63,507 nucleotides of DNA, filler included, from Octopus bimaculoides (GCF_001194135.2; 5 parts of 3 records of this genome joined end to end with filler, not necessarily neighbours in it); one strand, 5' to 3'; shown: positions 41,441 through 55,244, numbered from the whole stretch's first letter. Made by a program: numbers and translations. Notes: generated by a model not told the origin, from the sequence alone.

Positions 41441-41935
41441 TTTGAGAGATGAGGTATTATGTACATTTACATTTGACTGATGTTGTTAAGAGTCCGCGCT
41501 CTTAACCACTACGCCATATGCCCGTGGGCAATTGTGGAGTGAATTTCAGGGCTTATAAATCTAATATTTTCCTATCCTCCCGTAATACCGGTTCCTATAT
41601 GCTATTCATATCTGCACTAGGTCTGCTTAGGAGCTTATTATGTCCCAGTATATGTGCTGCCTCTTTTAGTTTTCGTATTTTCCAGTGGTGTTCTCTGTCT
41701 ATTATTTTAACTTCATCTCAGAGGTGGTCTCAGCTATACTCGATTTATCAATACCTCTTCGTGACACACACTTGCGATGCTCCTCTACCCTTATTTTGAG
41801 GGAGCGAAAAGTTTCCCTTTTGTATAACCTACCACAGCTGCATGGGATGGAGTACATACAGTCTTTGGTCATATTCCCTTCTATTGGTGATTTTACTCGG
41901 AGATATTTGCAAAGTGTTGTATTATACTTGAATAT
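41441..41935 (-). mobile_element. Penelope-like remnant: GIY-YIG end plus terminal region
   Basis: CMYSIPCSCGRLYKRETFRSLKIRVEEHRK, then KEAAHILGHNKLLSRPS; 3' flank includes tRNA-like GCATATGGCGTAGTGGTTAAGAGCGCGGACT. Confidence 0.82.
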
Positions 41936-41936
41936 T

Positions 41937-41960
41937 ATCATCATCAACATCATCATCATC

Positions 41961-42034
<74 letters not shown>

Positions 42035-42035
42035 T
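41937..42035. repeat. (CAT)n microsatellite
   Basis: Direct reading. Confidence 0.97.
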
Positions 42036-42042
42036 ATAAAGA

Positions 42043-42504
42043 AGGTGAGCTGGCAGAATCGTTAGCACGCTGGACAAAATACTTTACGGCATTTCGCCCG
42101 TCGCTACGTTCTGAGCTCAAATTCCGCCGAGGCCGACTTTGCCTTTTATCCTTTCGAGTCGATAAATTAAGTACCAGTGAAACATTAGGGTCGATGTAAT
42201 CGACTAGTCCCCTCCCCAAAATTTCAGGCCTTGAGCCTATAGTAGAAAGGATTAATATCATTATCATCATTATTATTATTATGATAAAAACGGTTAGCTG
42301 GCAAAATCGTTAGCACTCTGGACGAAATGCTTAGCGGTATTTCGCCCGTCTCTCCGATCTGAGTTCAAATTCCGCCGAGGTTGACTCTTCTTTCCATCCT
42401 TTCGGGGTCGATAAAATAACTACCAGTTGAACACTGGGATCGATGTTATTGACTCATCCCCTCCCCCAAAATTGCTGCCCCTGTGGCAAAATTTGAAGCT
42501 ATCA

Positions 42505-42541
<37 letters not shown>

Positions 42542-42735
42542 TGACTGGGTCTAGTATTAGCAACATGGTATTTAGTTATGACTCTGTACATTCTGAGTTC
42601 AAATCCTACCACAGCTAACTTTGCATCTCATTCTTTCCAGGTCGATAAAATAAAGTACTAGTCAAGTACTGAGATCAGTTTTAGTTAATTAAACTCTCCC
42701 CTTCAAATGTACTTGTACTTATGTTAGAAGCTATT
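42043..42735 (+). mobile_element. Three head-to-tail SINE family C copies (42043-42254, 42290-42499, ~42556-42735)
   Basis: Three repeats of the family C body separated by (ATC)/(ATT)n. Confidence 0.85.
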
Positions 42736-43024
42736 ACTATGAAATATATAAGGATTGTCTAATATTTTAGTAACACATTTTCGATAAACAAAGTAATAGT
42801 GATGGATTCGAATAATTTAATATTGCAATTAGCCATTTTCAAATAATGATCCGTCTGGTATTGGTTTTTTCTCTCACAAGAACGGTAATCTAGTCCTAAA
42901 AAATATCGTAATGAAGTTCAGTTAAAAACAGAAACCGTAAAACCAACTTCTAAGTGAACAGCTTCCTTGTGAAGGCATAAAACGGAATTCATTTTCGGTG
43001 ATTTATAAATAGCTGTCTTTTTCA

Positions 43025-43455
43025 CTTTAAATGTTTCAGTTATTAACCTGCAGTTACGCTGGAAGTCAGGCCTTGAAAAATTTTAGTCGAATCTACTCCA
43101 GTACTTATTTGTTCTTTAAGCCTGATATTAAATTCTATCGTTTTTTTTTGTTTGTTTTTTGCCCTACCGCAAAGTTACAGGGACATAAATACACCAAGAC
43201 GGCTTGTCAAGCGGTGGTGAGGAAAACACATACACACGCGCACGCGCACACACACACACACACAAACACAAACACACACACTTATATATATATATTGTGA
43301 GGTGTATTTGCCACCTAGATGTGGCTAATCTTTAAGGGTTGATGCTACTGTAGTTTGTAGCCCCAGGAAGACATCTCCTCCAGGGTTAGCCACATTTAGG
43401 TGACAAATATACTTCACGATGTCGTGCAGCTACTGTTTATACTTCGCTGAGATTT

Positions 43456-43496
<41 letters not shown>

Positions 43497-43652
43497 GACG
43501 GGCTTCTTTCAGCTTCCATCTACTAAATCCACTTACAAGGCTTTAGTTGACCCGATGCAATAGCAGAAGGCCTTTACCATGGTACCACTGCGTGGTACTG
43601 AACCTGGAGCCATGTGGTTGGGAACTAAACTTTTTACCAAAGAGACACGCCT
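43025..43652 (-). mobile_element. SINE family A, full length, interrupted
   Basis: Head at 43496-43652 (CGACGGGCTTCTTTCAG..GAACCTGGAGCCATGTGGTTGG) and 3' half at 43025-43235. Confidence 0.8.
43297..43417. mobile_element. 121-bp foldback or MITE-like insert
   Basis: 32-bp inverted arms at 43297-43328 and 43386-43417 with 4 mismatches. Confidence 0.75.
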
Positions 43653-43682
43653 GACTATTTTTCTGATACATACACACACATA

Positions 43683-43717
<35 letters not shown>

Positions 43718-44324
43718 TAGTAAAGAAAAGAAAATATGAACCTGATGGTATTACAGATCTTTATTAAGCAGTTACGATTTTCTCAATAGTTAGTAGAACC
43801 ATTCCATGAATTTACACTTTTGTATATACATATGAAATTATGCATTGAATGTACCACCAACTTCCCCTTCGTATTACATCAAATTTGTGTTATAACTTTA
43901 AACTGGTAAGAACTGATGGTTCCTGGTACCCTAGTAACTAAGTATTGTATGGATGTGCATTTTTCTTTTTTTACTATAAGCCAACATGTAAATTGATGAA
44001 ATTATTCCACTAACTATTGAAATGATCGTAACCATTTAATTAAACTATGCTATACCACCAGCTTTGTACCTTTATTTTACTGATATGCTTTGCGATGTAT
44101 TCACCAACCACTTAATTGTTTAATTTCCTTGGACTTGCAGTCTGTATAGAACACCGTACAGATTAAATGTCTATGAAAGCTGAATTTAATCCATACACAT
44201 TCTATTAACCAAGACTTCTCATAGAATGCTGAATGAGGTATCCTCCCAGATTTTCTAAGTTCCTACTTTCTCTCGTTACATACATACATACATGCATTCA
44301 TACATATACACATGCAATCAATCA

Positions 44325-44842
44325 CATTATTGCCAAGTACGGGAGAATGTCTTCCAGATACTATCTTTGCAAGAGGCGTGATACGATGGCCTGGACAATC
44401 TGGAACAGATTAAGGAAAAAGGAAGTACCAACAAAGTTGGGTGTGTTAACATATGTCTAAAGAATGTTAGTGGGACTTCAAAATTAAAGCAATCACCTAG
44501 TTAGAATAAACCAGCTAGATACTATGTGGGACCTCAAGAAAAAAATCTATGCTTTGTTGTGGAGGTCAGCTGCCCTCTGGGAACTGAGTTCAGAGAAATA
44601 CTGGAGGGAGAGAAATGCCTATGGAACATTGATAAGAAATTTGAAAATGTAATACCGTAGATGCACTTAAAGTTTCATTCCTATTGTTATTAGAGCAATA
44701 GGATACATACCAACCCAACTGTAACAAAGTATTGCTGATCTTGGCTGCTTGGAAATACAGTTCTTTAATTCATACGCTACAAACGATCATGATATCTGGA
44801 GCAATAAAAATTTGCATAACGTTTTTATGATTTAAAGGGTGA
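44325..44842 (+). mobile_element. RLE-type LINE 3' remnant (second family)
   Basis: MSSRYYL..RRD, WDLKKK, VEVSCP, YGTLIRNL, FIPIVIRAIGY, LQTIMISGAIKICITF. Confidence 0.8.
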
Positions 44843-47800
44843 CGATTAAAACAAGATGCTTTCCTTCACGATCTTGCTACAAAACAGATGGCCGATAAAA
44901 ATTAAGCCCGAGAAAAAGAATATATATAAATATATATATATATATATATGCACACGAAATACTTCCGTTATATTTGCTATAGATGGAAAAATGAAAATTT
45001 TGCACCATTTATTGTTATTGATAGGGATGATCGTTTGCCAAATTTTATATTTACCAAGCGTTATATTTGGGATGGTTATTTTGCAAAACAAATATATAAA
45101 CGTGAAATTTAGTAAATATTATTTTAAAATATATTTTCGAATGTGAAACATTGTTAAGATAGTTTTTGCTTTAGCTCTTTGGTGAAGGAATTTTACAATA
45201 ATCCATGAGTCGAGTCACTGACATATTTTCTTAAATCAATTTCATGAGGAGCTCACTTGACACTTCCTCTCCAGAAAGAAATATATTTGCTATATAAATG
45301 TCACATATTTTCTTAAATATTTTTAATACTCAGAATGTACAGAAAATCTGGACACTGTGAAGGTGGATCCTTTTTGTGTTGTGAAATAGAGATAAAAAGT
45401 AAAAGTGTTTCCGAGCAAAATTCATTAGCCATTAGCATCAGCAATTTGTTCATAATTTTACCTATTGACCTTCAGCATGAAGTAAGAACGCCGAAGTTAT
45501 TTCGAAATATATTTATTTATATATTTATTTTTTTTTAGTTTTAGTTTTTTAAGTTGCAATTATTACAGAGCTACTAGCATTAAAACATTCGGGATGACTA
45601 ATAGACACTAGACTAAGTCATATGTGTGTGTTTGTATATGTGTGTGTCTGTGTGTGTTTGTATGTGAGTGCGCGCGTGCGTGCGTGTGTGTGTGACATAA
45701 AAAAAAGGCCTCTTATTAGCATTGGGAGATGACTATATGATCTAATGATGTGTATGTATATATATATACATAAATATATAGACAAGGAACTGATGCTTAT
45801 TCAATGACATCTATAATTTTATGTTCTTTCTTTATTGTTTAGAATATTGTACTTGATTAAATTTTGATTTGCATAAACAATATACTTTTGAGAAACAATA
45901 TCGCAACTTGTGTATTAGTTAACTACTATAATCATACAGAACTAATGCGCAAAAATTGAGATGGTTAAAAGGATGGCTAATGATAAAAATTAACTGCACA
46001 TCGGAGAGCAGTTAATTTTAATTTATGATTTTATACTTAACTTTATAGTTAATGCTTTTGTCTTTGTGCTTTCTTATCTCATTTATTGCTTTCTTAGAAA
46101 ACTTTTGTGATGAAACTGTTTTATTGTGTCCTAATTGCACATAATACTGGTTTAGATAAATATTCGTTAAGCTTCTGAACAAAAAAATTCAGTGTTAAAC
46201 TTTTTCTTCTTCTACATTTTCTTTATTACTTTGCTATTCATTATCATCAGATTGGATATTTTATTTTGTTCTAAAACAGCCTAAAACTTCATTAAAGTTT
46301 TGTTAACAACTTGATGACTCGAAGTGTTTTTATTTTTTCCTTTCCGAGGCTGAGCTTTTTAAAATACATTTCAAATCGGAAAATGTATCTAGGCTTTCTC
46401 ATGTATTTTGGGAACAATTTATTTATGTATTTAAATGATTATGCTTTTGAGTTTCTGTTATTAACACAGAAAATTGTATTTGGTTTTAAACTTTTTGTGT
46501 ATAACTGTGTTAACGCGTCAAGACAGATTGAAAATATAATATAATAAACTGTCAATTGCTGCACAAATATGTATAAAAATTCTTTGTAAACTTTTATCGA
46601 CAATCAGTTATATTAATAAAATTGAAACTTTGTTGATTTCCAAAATGTTTTGTATTTCATTAACTATACGAAAAGAAAAACGTTGATATATTAATGAATT
46701 ATTCACGTAATGACTAAATTACATCTTGAAGCATCTCTTTTCTTTTTCTTTATAAAGAATAATATAGATTAGTATACTTTTTGTATTGGTATTAGCAGTG
46801 TTCTTAATGGGATGTTCTGTGATAATTTCCAATTTTCTATATGTTCCTAAATAGATTGGTGTTCTGATTAAACCAGTATATCGTCGTGTATGTAATACTG
46901 GTCTTATGTATTCATTAACAACAAAACCCGTTCAGAAAGAATGTCTGTTTTAACTATTTTAAACTGTTAAGCCTTTTTATGTAAGGATGTCTGTGTTAAG
47001 TTGCAACCTTTTACTGGACTTAGTGAAATTATATATAACATTTTAGTTCTTCTTGATTACATTATCTATGAAGGAAACTTTGTGAACTTAGACTCGGATT
47101 CAAATTTTAAAGAGAGGCTAAATATGTGTCCGTATTTATTCATAATTTATGCTGTATTAGTTTTCTTGTAATTAGTGCCTGACAGTTAACCTTGCCCTAA
47201 TATGCAAATGAGTTGTACCTGATGCAATTGTATTACAATTTTAATAATTAGTTAAACTCTGCCCTGGTTTCCCATTGACACTTAATGTAATGAATAGGAC
47301 TTTTTATATTATTTTACTCTCTTAATTCCATTGAACGTTATTAACATTAAAATGACAATATCTCTCCAGCAAAAACAAAGAAAAAATAAATAGCAAACCA
47401 ATCATGCATATAGATAGTACTGAGAAAACTGTTATCAATAAAGCTAATATGAGGAAAAAAATAAATAGCATCGAAATTGTCCTATATTTTCCTAGTTGGT
47501 CATCAATCGTGTTACAACTCATTATAATTGAAGATTTATCAAATTCACTTCACCTGCCGCGAAGAAAATATAAATAATAGTATAAACAGAAACTAAAAAA
47601 ATGCTGATTGATACCTGGATCAAGCGATACTAATTTAGTTGTATTCTTCTCAATATTATGTACTCTTGATACTTGATGTTAGAAATTCTTGAAGAATTTA
47701 AGATAATATTATTTGTTTTGTTTTCTTTACTGAAGATTAGGACAATTTAGAAAGATTGATCAGGTAAATTTCCCTGGAGGTAAAGATATTTAAAGTAATG

Positions 47801-48269
47801 GAATTTATTAAGATAACCAACCCAAAGATAATCCGGGGTTCTTCAGTGATATCACGGTTTCCCGTTTTCATAAGGAAGTTTAAAAGGGTTGATCTATCTC
47901 CTCTTAAACAACATTTACTCAAATCAACAGTTTCAAAAAGCAACATGAGGAGCCGAGTAAATCGGTCAATATCAAAAGTATTTTTGTAGCTATTAAAACT
48001 GGTAAGTCTTAAGATGACCTACGTTTATATTAAAACCATATTTTAAATAGACCAGTGTTGAAGCTATTCAATAATTTAATTGCTAGGATTAGTTCTCCAT
48101 TGTGTGGTCTCTTGATCTGATAATATAAGCTTTGTTTTCTTTTTACCAGTTCAGTTTAAACTTGAGTAAATCGATCAAAAGAATGAACAAGATATTGAAG
48201 CATCAATTACAATGAACTGCACACTTTATGAGATAGTAGACTATTAAACAAATATTGGCCGAAGATATT

Positions 48270-48610
48270 CTTTTAGTAATTAATTTTGTGAAGTAGAGTG
48301 GTCTTCTAGAAAACTTGAATGCCATTATTGTAAGGTACTTATGAACTGAACAAAATGTGCTGTATCAAAAAATTCATATGCGTGGAGGCATTTATTGAAG
48401 AACTGTACTAACTATAAACAGCATAAAACAATCTAAAAAGATTCACTTATCCGTTCTGTCAAAAATTTCATTACAAAAATAAGATAAAGCCATTTTTCTT
48501 TGGAAGTGCAAAAGTAAATGCTACTCAAGGTGTTAATTTTCTGAAAATTACAATGGTAATAGTAGTTGCTATTTGCAACTTTTTCCGTAAAGTATTTGTG
48601 AATGCTTTTA
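48270..48610 (+). mobile_element. Possible highly decayed Merlin/ISXO2-like transposase N-terminus
   Basis: SGLLENLECHYCKVLMN*TKCAVSKNSYAWR resembles the CxxC..M..DGYxWRC zinc-finger pattern; no catalytic region seen. Confidence 0.3.
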
Positions 48611-49534
48611 CGGATAATTCATTAAGCATCCATTATAGCTGAAGTGATTGTCTAAATCGAAAATAGTGGGTAGTTATGTTTATATATGGCTCTTGGACTT
48701 CGTCATAAAGTACATTCATTTGACATTATTATATTACAGTATTAACTTGAATATGCAATAGAAAATAATTAGAAATAAAAATATATGAATACTTAGGAAA
48801 AGAAATAAAAATGAATTTAGAGTATATTTTGTCTCATTTCTCTTTCTCTCTCTCTCTCTCTNNNNNNNNNNNNNNNNNNNNNNNNNNNNNNNNNNNNNNN
48901 NNNNNNNNNNNNNNNNNNNNNNNNNNNNNNNNNNNNNNNNNNNNNNNNNNNNNNNNNNNNNNNNNNNNNNNNNNNNNNNNNNNNNNNNNNNNNNNNNNNN
49001 NNNNNNNNNNNNNNNNNNNNNNNNNNNNNNNNNNNNNNNNNNNNNNNNNNNNNNNNNNNNNNNNNNNNNNNNNNNNNNNNNNNNNNNNNNNNNNNNNNNN
49101 NNNNNNNNNNNNNNNNNNNNNNNNNNNNNNNNNNNNNNNNNNNNNNNNNNNNNNNNNNNNNNNNNNNNNNNNNNNNNNNNNNNNNNNNNNNNNNNNNNNN
49201 NNNNNNNNNNNNNNNNNNNNNNNNNNNNNNNNNNNNNNNNNNNNNNNNNNNNNNNNNNNNNNNNNNNNNNNNNNNNNNNNNNNNNNNNNNNNNNNNNNNN
49301 NNNNNNNNNNNNNNNNNNNNNNNNNNNNNNNNNNNNNNNNNNNNNNNNNNNNNNNNNNNNNNNNNNNNNNNNNNNNNNNNNNNNNNNNNNNNNNNNNNNN
49401 NNNNNNNNNNNNNNNNNNNNNNNNNNNNNNNNNNNNNNNNNNNNNNNNNNNNNNNNNNNNNNNNNNNNNNNNNNNNNNNNNNNNNNNNNNNNNNNNNNNN
49501 NNNNNNNNNNNNNNNNNNNNNNNNNNNNNNNNNN

Positions 49535-49591
<57 letters not shown>

Positions 49592-50397
49592 TATGCATGC
49601 ATACATACAGTATACATATACACATACATACATCTCTAATATATGTAATGCCCCACACAAATTCTGAATGGTATCGTCAGCTGCCAAATTACAATAAACC
49701 GATCATTAAATTCGAATTGGTTTTAATAAATTCACTAGGTTCATCAGGGTTGTTGTTATTGTTTAATACTTGCAACTACTGATATATGAAAAATGTCAGT
49801 CCAGGCATGAGGACCTCATCTATCCAGGAATATGTAGGACTACATTATCCAAAGTGACTTTTTCTATTTTTTTCTAGTATAAATATGGGTTGCTATTTTC
49901 AGACCCAAATCAATCATAAGCACATACTAAGAGCACCAAGAAAAAAGATTGCTAAAGACATTTTTCTTTTACAGTATTACGCTGCAAATTGTTAATCGTG
50001 ACAGTTCGTTTTATTAATTAAATAAACTTTATCTATGGGCAAATGACACTGGTTTTTCAACAATTTTACATTTTGTAAGTTGAATACAGTGTTTGCTCAT
50101 TTGGGTGTACTGATTCTGAATAATAGAATCAGTTTTATACGACATGTTAGTCTTAGTTGCTAAACACTATAAGCCAGAAATCACCTTTTTTTTTTTTTTT
50201 TTTTTGCCTTTTAGGAAAATTACTTTATTTCAAACCATTCTATTTATTTAGATTAAAGCAGCATCCACAGCACTTTTTCCTATGAAAGTGGAGTTAATTT
50301 CTTACGAATCCTAAACGCCACAGCCACCTAACTACTATATTACGATGAAAGAATCAGAGAAGAACACTCAAGGTAATATGCTAATAATTGTTTATAA

Positions 50398-50808
50398 TTT
50401 AAGCACAAGGTCCGAGATTTTGGTGGAGGAAGAGGTAGTTCATATCACCAAGCTCGGTACTTGTCTGATATTTTATTTTATGACCCCAATAAAAGGAAAG
50501 GCAAAGTAGTGCTTAGCAGAATTCGAACTTAGGACGTAAAGAACCAAGGTATTTTTCAACGCTCTAATGATTCAGCCAAGCCATCCCTCAAATAATTCTT
50601 CCTACCAGGAGTAAGCGATCCAAAATTTTTGAGGAGGAGTTTAGTCTATTAAATCGACCCTAATTATTCACAGATGTTTTATTGTAAGAACTGCAGAGGG
50701 ATGAAGATCAAAGTTGACCTCGGCAGAATTTGAACTCAGAACGTAAATAGCTGGAAGAAATACCGCAATTAATTTTGCCCAACAGTTTAACTATTCTCAT
50801 AGTCCACC
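50398..50808 (-). mobile_element. Two head-to-tail degenerate family C copies; another at ~51352-51550 (-)
   Basis: AAAGTTGACCTCGGCAGAATTTGAACTCAGAACGTAAA and similar segments. Confidence 0.7.
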
Positions 50809-52791
50809 ACGTAAAATAGGGTTAAAACGCTTCAGATAATAACTACATCACTATAGTTTACTGTATATATACTACAGTGTAAGATGTTTCTGTATCCGTT
50901 TCTTTAGAGAAAGAGTAAATATTTAACATATGTTCTAAAGATAGAGAAAATATAAACTGACAATTGTTATTAACTGAGAAATATTTTATAATAGATAAAT
51001 TCTTTCGTGTAACAAAAAAAAACCCTACAAAATTTGAAATCCTAAGGCAGTAAGACGATAGTTTGAAATGTATCCTCTTTAGGCAATTTTCCTATTTTTA
51101 TATACTGAGAAGCAAATACACTTCTCATGAAGAATAGCATGTAAACTTTGAAAAGTGATGAAAATGGAAAACTATAAAATATATGTTTCTGTTTTAGGCA
51201 GTTTTTCCAGATTAGTTTGTATGTTGTATTAACATACTAAACTGCAGGTTTGTGCTTTCTTATTTATTTCAACATTAATTGCTTTTATCTTCAGGTACTG
51301 AGACTCAACAAAAACTAAATTTTATACATTGGATATAATTATTATTTTCTTATATTGGCACAATACCAGAAATTGAGAGGCGGGGGCAGCCAATTATACG
51401 AACTCTAGTACTTGCATTCTATTTATTTTATCGACTCAAGAAGGGTAAAAAATAAAGTCATTGACATGATTTAAATTCAGAATATAAAGGGCCAAAATTA
51501 AATACCACAAGGCACTTTGTCCATCACTTACTGATTTTAACAATCCACCACTCTATGGTTGGATGTAATTATTGTATGCACTCACTTTATAATGAGAATC
51601 TCCAAATAATTCAAACAATCTAAAATTGCATATTAAAACAAAATTTTCAAAAGAACAAAAAAGATAGAAAAATTTCATAGCAAGACAAATGTTTAATCAG
51701 AGAAATTTAAGACTTCATCATCAACAACATCAACAACAAAAACAACAACAATAACAATAAAAATTCCTTCTTTTTTCTTTTCTTTTCTTTTCTTTTCTGT
51801 ATCATTTACAGTTTCTTTCATCCAGAAACAAATATTGAAAAATCAATAAAACTTTCAGTTGCATTAATTCTAAGCATTGGTTTATAAATTATCTATTATC
51901 TTCTGGGATAAACAAACACTAAGATATACTTTCAGCTAAAAACATCACACAGAAAGTTTCCACAATTTTAGCTTGAGAGTTAATTACATTCTAACTGTAA
52001 ATGAAACAATAAAAATCCATAAAATGTAAGATTATAAATGAATAATTAAAGCACATTTGGATATAATCCTATATAGAAATATGACTTTTAAGGAGGAAAA
52101 GGGAACAATTTTTTTATTATATTGTGTGTTTAATCTGATAATCTTGGCAATGAAACCAATAAATATTGCAGTATTCATCACCAATATTAATCAGTATTTT
52201 CAGTTACAATGGAAGATATCTGAAAAGGAAGAAAAACAAAACTTAGTTATTCTGTTGAAAAAAGTGATCTATTTGAAAGTAATTTACATGAAATATTAAA
52301 AACAAAAAATGTACTTTTTACACATTTATATTTATGACAGAATTTAAGATTTTTTTTTTACTAGGTATATATATTAGTAATAAAAAATGGATATTGCTAT
52401 TGGAAGTCATTATAAAAGAAATAAACCATAGTAGAATGTGTGCTAAAATTATGAAAGTTTATATATAAAATATTTTAAAAGTAGCTTTGTATGCATATAA
52501 CGAAATATTTTGTATGAAAGTAGATAGACAATTGATAACAATGATATATTTATCAAATTTTTTAAATAAACATCGCTTAATGGTTTGTATTATATAATAC
52601 CAAGCATCTTTGTATCACATATAAGATACAAAGGCAAAATTTGAAATTCATTCACTGAAGTAAAATAAATACTCACAAGAATTACAGTTGTTACAAGAAA
52701 AAACAGTTTCATTAGATAAAGTATAGCTGAAGGTAAAGTCACAAAGCCTAATAAGGTTTGATAACCAATGAAAAACAGGCATTGAATAATA

Positions 52792-52824
<33 letters not shown>

Positions 52825-52899
52825 GCAGTGATGACGATGGTGGCAATGACGATGACGATGATAATGGTGGTGGTAGATTATAACTGTCATCGGGAGAAA

Positions 52900-53845
52900 C
52901 CATAAGAGAACCAAAAGACAGTGAATGCAAGTATTTGGAGATTTTAGAACTAGGTGGTATTTTACATGCAGAAACGAAAGAAAAGGTTAGAGAGACATAG
53001 TTAAAAGAAGTAGAAATAATTTTAAAATCCAACCAGATTGCAAGAAATCTAGTTACAACAATGAATATCTGGGTAGTTGCAGTGGTTTGATATAGTGCAG
53101 CCATTGAAGAAATACCTAAGCTGGACAGAAAGACAAAAAAGTTACTGACACTGTACAGAGCTTTATACCCTAGGCAAATATAAATAGATTGTATATGAAG
53201 AGAAAGAGTGGTGGTGGAGGTCTCATCAGTTTGGATTACTTTATAAGGAGTGAAAGGAGAATGCTAGCAGAATATTTGGTAAACAATGACAGAGGGTTGT
53301 TGCAATAAGCAATAGAATATATGGATATAAATGCTGATGAAATGTTTGGTAAGGAAGAGTTTAACCAAAGATTTGAAGGGAAGGGAAAAAGAGTTCAGGA
53401 AATGAAAATGCATGGTCAATTTGAAAGAAAAAGACTGGATTTCAAGGACAAAACAACATCATTGATATGGCTTAAGTGAAGTTATTTGAAACATACCATT
53501 GAAAGCCTTATAATTGTAGCACAAGGGTAAGCATAACATTTACAAAGCTTCAAACACCCAAAAATACAGACTTAGTGAAAAGAATGTGGAAAATATAAGC
53601 CACTTGGTAAGTGTATGCGAGAGCTTAGCACATAAAGAATACAAGCAACACCATGGTAAAGTCAGTTTGTATCTTCATTGGCTTTTATGCAGTAATTACC
53701 AATACAAAGTAACAAAGAATTGGTATGAGCATGAGCCTAGTAAAATAATGCAGGAGGATGGAAAAGCAAGTTTTCTGGGATTATGAATTCTGGCTGATAA
53801 AGTAATTGAGCATCACCATTCAGACATGGTTGTATTGAACAAAAA
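52900..53845 (+). mobile_element. RLE-type LINE remnant (RT C-terminus to RLE; R4/Dong-like)
   Basis: KYLEILE, LDRKTKKLLT, RLYMKRKSGGGGL, MHGQF, ENISHLVSVCESLAHKEYKQHH..HWLLC..WYEHEP; flanked by GAT/CAT repeats. Confidence 0.85.
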
Positions 53846-54051
53846 GGCAAATAGTCACCATCGTCATCACTGCCATCATCATCATCATGTTTCCAAAGTT
53901 GAATTATCCGAACCCCAAAGAATTCCTCTCAACACATGTCTATGATACTCCCCTACTACTTTTGCTCATGATCAGCCACTAAGAGCGATGCCTAACTGGT
54001 TATGGTCAAACAACTGACAAGCAAATTTGTGGTATTGAGCAGAATATTTGC

Positions 54052-54318
54052 TGTTATTATTATTATTATTGTTCAGTAGTTTTATTTTTATAACGTGCTT
54101 TCACTTCACTACCGAGCGCAGCTCTGTGCGCCTTGGGTATGTGCTGTGGTTTGCTGTGGTGTTTTTATGTTTACTGTATTGAAAATGTTTTGCGTAGAAT
54201 GTGTGCAGTACCCAGTAGTGCAATTTTCTGTATGTTACATATATTTGTAAGTCCTGGTATTTTTGTTATGTATTTGTCTGAGTATTTTTTAATTATACCT
54301 AAGGCACCTACTATGATA
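54052..54318 (-). mobile_element. RLE-type LINE extreme 3' end (third family) with (TAA)n tail
   Basis: IIVGALGIIKKYSDKYITKIPG..IQKIALLGTAHILRKTFSIQ*, then UTR and AATAATAATAATAA. Confidence 0.85.
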
Positions 54319-54418
54319 NNNNNNNNNNNNNNNNNNNNNNNNNNNNNNNNNNNNNNNNNNNNTTAATTAATTAANNNNNNNNNNNNNNNNNNNNNNNNNN
54401 NNNNNNNNNNNNNNNNNN

Positions 54419-54472
<54 letters not shown>

Positions 54473-54474
<2 letters not shown>

Positions 54475-54539
54475 GTCGTTTTTCGAACTAAGTATCATGT
54501 CGTGAAACCAATTACCGATGTAAGTTGAGGTACGCTTGT
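54473..54539 (-). mobile_element. Possible Tigger/pogo-like TIR end
   Basis: On - strand TA|CAAGCGTACCTCAACTTAC; a similar GAATACTTCGACTTAA occurs on + at ~54578. Confidence 0.3.
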
Positions 54540-54857
54540 ATTTGCTTCAAATCTTGGCACAGCTTGACACATGTAGAGGAATACTTCGACTTAATGATTC
54601 GCTTGGTTCAAAATGGTTCAAATGTGTAAACTTTTATTAAGCAATCGTTATGTAAAAAGCTAATTCACACAGAAATAATGTCATAATGTCATAACCGGTA
54701 AGTATGTCTAATGAGGTTCAACATTTTGACGAGTATTAAATAAGCAATGAAACAAAAATCATGACAGACGATCTAAATACGTCATAGATATGATTTATAA
54801 GTGATAAACAATCAATTGGAACTAGTTTTTTTTTTAAATTCGTTACTCGATGTATGC

Positions 54858-55239
54858 GGAGGCGCAATGGCCCAGTGGTTAGGGCAGCGGACTCGCGGTC
54901 ATAGAATCGCGGTTTCGATTCCCAGACCGGGCGTTGTGAGTGTTTATTGAGCGAAAACACCTAAAGCTCCACGAGGCTCCGGCAGGGGATGGTGGCGAAC
55001 CCTGCTGTACTCTTCTACCACAACTTTCTCTTACTTCCTATTTCTGTTGTGCCTGTAATTCAAAGGGTCAGCCTTGTCACACTGTGTCACGCTGAATATC
55101 CCCGAGAACTACGTTAAGGGTACACGTGTCTGTGGAGTGCTCAGCCACTTGCACGTTAATTTCACGAGCAGGCTGTTCCGTTGATCGGATCAACCGGAAC
55201 CCTCGACGTCGTAAGCGACGGAGTGCCAACAACAACAAC
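54858..55239 (+). mobile_element. SINE family B, full length, (CAA)n tail
   Basis: A box TGGCCCAGTGG, B box GGTTTCGATTCC, body ATCCCCGAGAACTACGTTAAGGG.., end GACGGAGTGCCAACAACAAC. Confidence 0.92.
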
Positions 55240-55244
55240 TCGAT

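Noticed and set aside
47737-48030. ~90-codon minus-strand open frame
   Set aside because: No recognisable motif or splice context; length is compatible with chance
54858-54935. tRNA genes at the SINE B, A and F heads
   Set aside because: A/B boxes are present but there is no acceptor stem, and each continues into a SINE body
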